From Vitrella brassicaformis CCMP3155 (taxonomy: Eukaryota; Protista; Chromerida): 64,000 nt of DNA. Every line of letters starts with the position of its first letter. The stretch's first letter is position 1. The position numbers and the translations under genes are program-made. This document shows, in pieces, positions 57,176 to 64,000 of the stretch. Location: the NCBI GenBank assembly GCA_001179505.1, contig CDMY01000531.1:62001-126000 (forward strand), in the 5' to 3' direction. Below the pieces are notes generated by a model, which saw only the letters and a list, made by a program, of their open reading frames with translations, was not told where the DNA came from and did no database searches.

Positions 57176-60100
57176 TCACTGCATGGGCAGGTGGATGAGG
57201 AACAGCTGCCCGGCCACAAAGATGCCCAACAGCAGGAAGGCCGTGATGAAATAAGACAGCACACCTGTCAGTGGAATCCCCCACACCTACATGCGCATAC
57301 AGACAGAGGAGACGCATGTGGCTGACTCAAGACAGACAGGCAGTCAGATTGTTCCTGTTCCGTACGGAGACGAGTGGGTCTTCAGGTTTGATGGAGAGGT
57401 ATATTCTCTCTGATGTCTTCCGCCTGTCGCTGTCGACGGGCATGTCCTTGATGGCATTCGACAGCTGACTCCAATGCTGAGACGCCAGCTGAACACATGG
57501 ATGAAACAAGGACACAACACGGAAGCTCGTGTCTCAACCTCGCGTGTGGTTGTCCGTGTCTCGGTGTGCGGGCTTACGTCGTTTGCCCATCCACCCCACA
57601 GTATGACCGTGATGCACAGCAGCGTACCGCTCACGGCCATCATGTACCAGTAGAAGTCTATCTCCAGTGAAAGCGCTATCTTGTCACCCCGATGCACCTT
57701 GGTCGCCTCCTTGCCCTCAAAGGTCGTCCAAGTCGCGAAGAGCACGCCGATTTTCGCCAGAGATTTGCACACCATTATCCCCAGCGCGGCTGTGCAAAAA
57801 CACATACACAAACGCACGTACATTTGGCAGAGAGCAAGGACGTTCGTTCAGCATGTCTCTGTTTCTGACCAAGCACAAAGGCCGAGAGCATCTGGAAGGG
57901 CGGGTTCAGTCCACTGGCGCGAGACTTCATTCGATCCAGTACCTCCTGCCTGCGTCGTACAATAGGGAGAGACATGCAAATGCGGGCTGGCTGGGGGTGT
58001 TTCCTTCTCGCATCTAGACTTACCTGGCCTGTAGCCAGTCTTGTACTTCGGCATCGAAGTTGTAGTCGTCGGAGAGCTGTTCGTGGTTGTACTTTACAAG
58101 GAAGTGTCTCATGAGCCTGAAGTGACTCATGCCGCTCAGCACCGTCAGGATCAGCGGCTTCATCAGGTCGAAGGCCAGCAGCCACACCGACATCACGATG
58201 CACACCTCCATGCATATCGCCAGAGGGCTGGAAAGAAAGCAGAGGAATGCCAAATGAATGTGGTGCCGTTCCCACGTGTTGCTCAGCTCACAGGTAGTCT
58301 CGTGTTGAGGTGTACGAGTATCTGTGCCGATAGAATTCGGCGTAGTCAAGGAAGACCAGTCTGAGGATGCAGGCTGCCATCGCCTGCAGGAAGGCGCACG
58401 TGCCGCCGACCAATACGGTAAAGGTGTACTGCCCCAGCGACACTCTCTGCGCCTTCGTCAACCCTTGGTAGTACTCCTGACGCACAACCATCCATCGCAC
58501 ATGATGTGGCGTGTCGTGTTCTGATGCACGCTGTCGTCTTCACCTGTGTTCCCTCGGGCTTGTTCTCGTATTGGGGATCATACTCGATCTTCTCAAGGTC
58601 TTGAGGCCAGAATTCCTCCGGATCAGTGCCTTCGCGGATCAAGTCCATACCTGAACACGGCACAGCGGGAATGGATGGGCCAGGCAGGCGAGTGAACAAG
58701 AGCCGGAGGGCTGATCGCACCGCATGTTCTTGCAGCGTTGCGCGTCATACAAAAGCTCTGGATGGCCCGAAAGATACCGCCTCCGAGAAGGATGAAAATC
58801 GGCATGAAGGCGTGAATGTACCGCTCCACGTAGAACAGGAAGAGGACAGACAGGGCGAGGAAGACGAAGCGAGTGGAGACATACGACCAGTGGATGATGC
58901 GGTCGATTAGGGTCAGATCCCAGTTGAATATGGTGCCCTGGTGGCCGATCATCGCTGCAGCGCCCACCTTCAGAGCTGAAGACCAATGACAGGCGGAGAC
59001 ACTCTTGTCCAGTGTTGTGCTGTCTTTTCTCCATTTCCCGCCCACCATGCACGAATTGGTGATCTGACGAGAAGGGGACGAGGTTACACAAGTCAATGTG
59101 AGGCCATGACGAGAGGCGAGGAAGCAGAAAGACGCCTACCACCCACAGGACATAAACGCCGAGACAGCACAAGGTCACAACAAGATTGAAGGTCTTAAAG
59201 AAAGGCTCCACAGACACTAACGGCGACCTGAACACACAAGACAGACCAATGACGGCTCGCAGCCTGTGTTCAACTCTTAAGTACTCAAATATCTGTTGCA
59301 GGATGGCCATTCGGTTCTTGTACTCCATGCTCTCCTTCTGTTGCCGCATTTCGTCCAGAAAGGGCACCATCTGCATCAGCCTCCTCGTCAAACCACGGCC
59401 ACTCGATGACTTCCTTTCCACAAACGACACCCCACCACCACCAGCAGCAGGAGCCGGCTTCTCCTCATCATGGTCAGCAGTAACGTTGTTGGCCATCGCC
59501 GCTGTTGTCGACCTCTCCCCCGGCAGCACCAGAGTGACTCTCCGCCTCCTCAGCTCTTCGCTCAACACGCCCGTTTGGTCGTAAAACTCCTCGTTGACGT
59601 AGTAGGGCAGCTTGCGCAGGACCACCTCGCGCAGCACTGCCTCGAGGTGCTCTGGGGGTGTGAGGTGGCGGTGCTTCGGCGACAGGAGGGCTTCCATCAC
59701 GTCCTCTCTCAGCGCAAGGGCCGCCACCAGCAGCGGCTTGGCTGTCTGCCATGGCGGATGTTCCTTCGGTAGGCCGTCGATCACAGTGAGCGCCACACTG
59801 CTGTGGAGAGGCAGCCTGACAGAAGCCATGGTGACGTGAGCACGCCGAGTACCATCAGAGAAGCTGGCTTTAGCCTACTTGTATGGCAGGTCGCCGAGCA
59901 GCTTTTCGGCGGCGGGCGGATAGGTCGTCAGAATCTCCTCCATCTCGGGCACGTAGTTCTGAGCTGAACCGTCGCAGAGACACGTACAGCTGCTCCATGT
60001 CTCTGTTTTGATGGATTATGTCACCCCTGTCTTACCAGCTGCGTAGTAGAGGGCCTTGACGACCTCTCCGTCTAATCCGCCCTTTGTGCAGGCCCCCAAA

Positions 60101-62260
60101 AGGAATGAGAATGAGTGTGCGTCCCTCAGCCGCAATGCCATCGGCAGTGGTGTGGACCCAAGGTAGTTCTCGTGGCTCAGCCGCACGTGTTTCAGCTTGT
60201 CTCTCGGTGACAGTGCCACAAACTCCTCGTAAGTGCCCTCATAGGCAGCCTGAATGAGGGGGAAATTGGCAAGGGCTGCTTGCTTTTTGTGGATGTTTTG
60301 TAAGTGTTCTCTTACACTTCGCCTGTAGAAGAGCTCTGCGATGATTCTGAACGTGTTGTCGAAACGGAAGGCGCTCAGCAGGGGACCGTCCCTGCACATG
60401 CATTATGGACGCAGATGCTGATGGAGTGAGTGTGTCACTGTACGTACCCCATGTTGGGATCGTCTGCCAAGTAGAGCTCCCGGATCACTTTGCGGCTCTT
60501 CTTGGTGAACAAAGCGGCTCGCAAGGGGGTCACTCCTGAGACACAGCACACGGCAATGGCACACTGTTTCGGCCGTCGAACCGCCTCGCACCGAAGAGGT
60601 CGGGCTGGTGTGGGTTGCACTGCTCGCTGCCCGGCACCCGATGCTTGACCAGACGGATGTAGCCATTCAGCAGAAACTTGACCAGGCTCTCCTGCCCATG
60701 GTACGCCGCCCACCACAGCACATCGCGGCCGTTCTCGTCGAGCATGGAGCAGATGGCAGCATGGGACTTGCCGGTCACGGCCTCCTCGATGGATGCAGAA
60801 ATGGATGCCTCGGCGTCTTTGAGCAGCAGACCCTCGTCAAAGTTGTGCCTGACGGCCATGACGAGGGGCGATGTGCTGCCTGCCGCCTTTTCAAGCGAAG
60901 GGCCCGCCACCGGTGCTTCGTGGCCGACAAGCGCTGCGGTGTAGCGCTGGTCCTGCAGGAAGAAGACAAAGTGGATCATGCACAAACAGACCGGTGTGTG
61001 CTGCTCGCTCTCACAAAGTAGGTGAGACTCAGCCCGAGCGGCGTGACACCGTCCTGTGACAGCAAACAAACAAGAGACACGAAAGAAAGGAGGAAAGCGG
61101 CTGCGGATCAAAGCGGATCGACCACCCTGTTTGGCCGGTTGATGTTTGGTTTGATGTTTCGTCTCTTGAGTTCTTCAAGAAAGTCGACGAGCATCTGCAG
61201 CCGCTTCTTCTCCACGAGTCGGAAGAGTGGCGTCTTATCGTACTACAATCGACAGACGAAATGAAGCGCACCTGTCCCTTCTTCGTAGGTTTTACCCAGT
61301 CAGCCAGGTTTGGATCTGCGCCGCGGGCGAGCAGCAGTCTGATCATCTCCATGTCGTCGACCTCGATGGCCCAGCGGAGAGGCGTGAAATGATACTGCAT
61401 GATGGGAAAGGAATGGCAGACAGGCACCATGTGAGGCAAGACAGTCAAAGATCTATCGCCGACCTTGTCGATATGGTTGATGTTAGCACCGTCGTTGAGC
61501 AGTTTCTCAGCTACAGTCGGGTTGTGACCGAGCACCGCGCGAATCAGCGGACTTTGGCCGTCCTGCACCGACAAGCATATCCCTCTGGTGGAGCGAGACA
61601 CATGCATTACATCCGCTGGCCAGTGCTGACCCCTCTGGCTTTGTTGACGTCTGCCTTGTGGTCGACAAGGTACTTGGCGAACTTGAGAGCGTGGTGACGC
61701 AGCTTGGCCGCCACTGTCAGCGCAGTATCCTTGCCAGACTGACAGAGATCAGACAAAGCAGGCTTGTCTCATTCGGTCAGACATGTGTTGTCTCACGATG
61801 CTGGGATGGTTGATTCGCTCTGGGTCGCCCTGCAGAGAAGCAGGCATACAAGTAGTCGGTACAGGGCCAAAACAGGCAGCCTTTGCGTGCGATGGGCCAC
61901 ACTGCCTCACCTTGAAGCTCTCCACTATCTTCTGCACCTGAGCGAAATGCTCGTTTCGGACTTGACGAACCAAGTGAACTCCCAACACGCACAAATCATC
62001 ACTGAATGTGTTCCCTTTTTGGTCTCATTTCCTCACGTGTTCGGCCGTGAGGTCCTCCGGCAGTGGACGCGGCTCCTTGCCCGCATCTGGCGATTTGGGG
62101 GGCGTGACCTGTATACCTATCGAGGCCGTCTTTGGCAGCTTCAGGTCCTCCTCCTTGACAAACATGGGAGACAGTGAGCCCAAATTGGAGCCCTGCACAG
62201 ACATCGAGCAGCAACCATCGTGCACATGCCATCTGCACTGCATCTCGTGGACCTTCATGC
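57176..62260 (-). CDS. Ankyrin-repeat protein with a C-terminal multi-pass (about 8 TM) membrane domain; 5' end uncertain
   Basis: ANK repeats GKDTALTVAAK..YLVDHKADVN, DGQSPLIRAV..LLNDGANIN, FTPLRWAIE..LLLARGADPN, DKTPL, GRDVLWWAAYHGQESLVKFLL, GSTPLPMAL. About 8 hydrophobic segments in exons from 59250 to 57176, ending GIFVAGQLFLIHLPMQ*. Confidence 0.8.
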
Positions 62261-64000
62261 CGAGGTCGCCATGAATTGGAGGTTCCTGTCCAGCTTCGCG
62301 ATGTCTGGCTCGGCCGCGTCACCATTCCCCCTCTTTGGTGGCCTGGCGGAGAAAGACACGTGCAACAGTGTCGCGTTCCTGCGAGCAGACAAAGGACGCC
62401 CGTCGACACATCAGCGGGCATGTCTTTCATCGTTGCACTGATTCACCTATATCGGAGTGCCCGAGCCTCTTGGATTTCAACGATGAGGCACAGGAGAGCT
62501 GCCGCCATACGGCCGGTGGCTCTTGAGCACGGAGGCATGGCTAGGGGGAACCTGCGAGCTCGGAAGTCGGACGTGGGGGCGGCCCCCCTTCTGACGCATG
62601 CATGCAGTTTGACACGCAGACATGCATTTAGGATGTGTATGAGTCATGCAGGCACGAACACACATATGGCGGCTGTCCGTGAACGTTGAGGGCAAGGCAA
62701 GGCATGCACCAGCAGGCTGAGACAGGAGGCGAGACTGAGAATCAGACAGACAGACAGACAGACAGACAGATAGACAGACACACAGGGAGATAGATAGACA
62801 GACACGCAGGCAGGCATCAGATGGTCAGTGCACTTGTGCTCCTCCTTGAAATTCCCTCCATTCATTCTCAGAGAGACAGACAGACAGACAGACAGGTCAC
62901 TCATCATCTACATACCCATGCACATATGCGGACAGTCAGCATCAAAAATAAGAACGAAACAAAAGAGAAAACACGGGAGGGAGCTGTGGCATGCATGTAT
63001 GGGTGGATATGTGTGTGTGAGTGAGTGTGAGTGTGTCTGTGTCGTGCTGTGGGGTCTCTCCTTCCTGCTCTGTACTGCTCTTTTAGGGATGCAGCAAGCG
63101 GAAACGATCCGACCATGCATTGCAGGCACCGACATACATACATACATGGAAGAAAACGGAGAGAGGGAGGGAGGATGGGGCAGCCATTTGCAGTGAGTGA
63201 TATACCCCTCTCAATCAATCGACAATCCAAAATTGACGACTGACCCACTTGTCTCCTCCTTGGCTCCTTCCCCCCGCTTATGTAAGCATACCCACCTACC
63301 TACCTACAGAGATAGAGAGATACCGCTGGCTGCCTAGTCTGCCGGCCTGCCTGACACGTGACTCACTGTTTGTCATACCACACGCCCACGCACGCATAGC
63401 ATTACTCAGTCGACCAGGTCAACCAACTGTGCTGTGTCTGTCCATTAAATTCTACCGCCAAGATATGCATCCATCACCTTGTATGTTCCCCTCCCCGTCC
63501 CCGTCCCCCTCACTGTTGCAGCAGAGAAATAGTAAGTAGGTAGGAAGGAGGCAGGCGGGCTGGCAGGCAGGCAGGCTGGAATAAGTGCACTCGTCTCCTC
63601 TCGTCTCGTCTCGTTGTCTCACAAAAGCAATATCGACACCGCTCGACCATTCAGGCAGCCACTCACACCGACACTCAGACACACAGACCAATACGGTTGT
63701 ATGTGTTAAGAAGGGGGGCGGGGGAGGGGGGTGAACGGGCGACGGACGAGTGGATGGATGGCTCACATCATCTGATCGCCGGTTCGTGCACGCGCCTCTC
63801 TGTCTGCTGCTTCGCTTCCGGCCGTGGACCGACAAACCAGCCAGCACAAAAGAGGAGGCCGTGAGAGAGAGGGAGGGGGGGTGGAATGGGGTGGGCGGGG
63901 TGTGTCTAGCCTTCGGCAGGTGCCTGTCGCTGGTTCCACACTCTCACGGTGCGGTCTATCGAAGTAGACACCAGGAAGGACGCATCGGGGCCAAACCTAC

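Noticed and set aside
57176-62260. Naming the ankyrin-TM gene a TRP channel
   Set aside because: No identifiable pore loop or TRP box, and more than six TM segments; left unnamed.
1-64000. tRNA, rRNA, transposase, reverse transcriptase or integrase genes
   Set aside because: No cloverleaf/A-B box, rRNA signature, DDE or YxDD motif was recognised. This was a manual scan only; tRNAscan-SE and a TE-domain HMM search would be decisive.

Overview
Gene-dense, intron-rich, GC-rich eukaryotic DNA. Introns are short (mostly about 50-120 nt, GT-AG) and full of (CA)n/(GACA)n/(GGAT)n microsatellites. This style, an expanded F-box-like family member, an alveolate-type secreted coiled-coil protein and a flagellar DRC9 point by inference to a chromerid alveolate, most likely Vitrella brassicaformis; no database was consulted. 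About 20 spliced genes were reconstructed by hand. They include a WD40-like/atypical kinase fusion with an inverted frameshifted paralog, a UBL-coiled-coil-RING E3, an S28 peptidase, IQCG/DRC9, an OTU deubiquitinase, UBE2W, a cyclin-like protein, CCT7, an intronless MORN protein and an ankyrin plus about 8-TM membrane protein. There are two 300-N gaps. The most striking unexplained signals are: (1) a 107-nt bulge-free, pre-miRNA-like hairpin at 45730-45836 in a 5.6-kb gene desert, with 43 of 48 positions paired and six plus-strand G-U pairs; (2) a 165-bp-period repeat at 1553-1823 whose two 35-bp spacers look like block-permuted versions of each other; (3) a candidate promoter motif, GCGATYGG-N4-10-AAGCTCGC, upstream of several unrelated genes; (4) an exon-shuffling zone at 18.6-22.8 kb that builds chimeric kinase copies and a recurring transmembrane-tail exon. 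Exon boundaries are manual, and gene ends flagged as approximate are uncertain.
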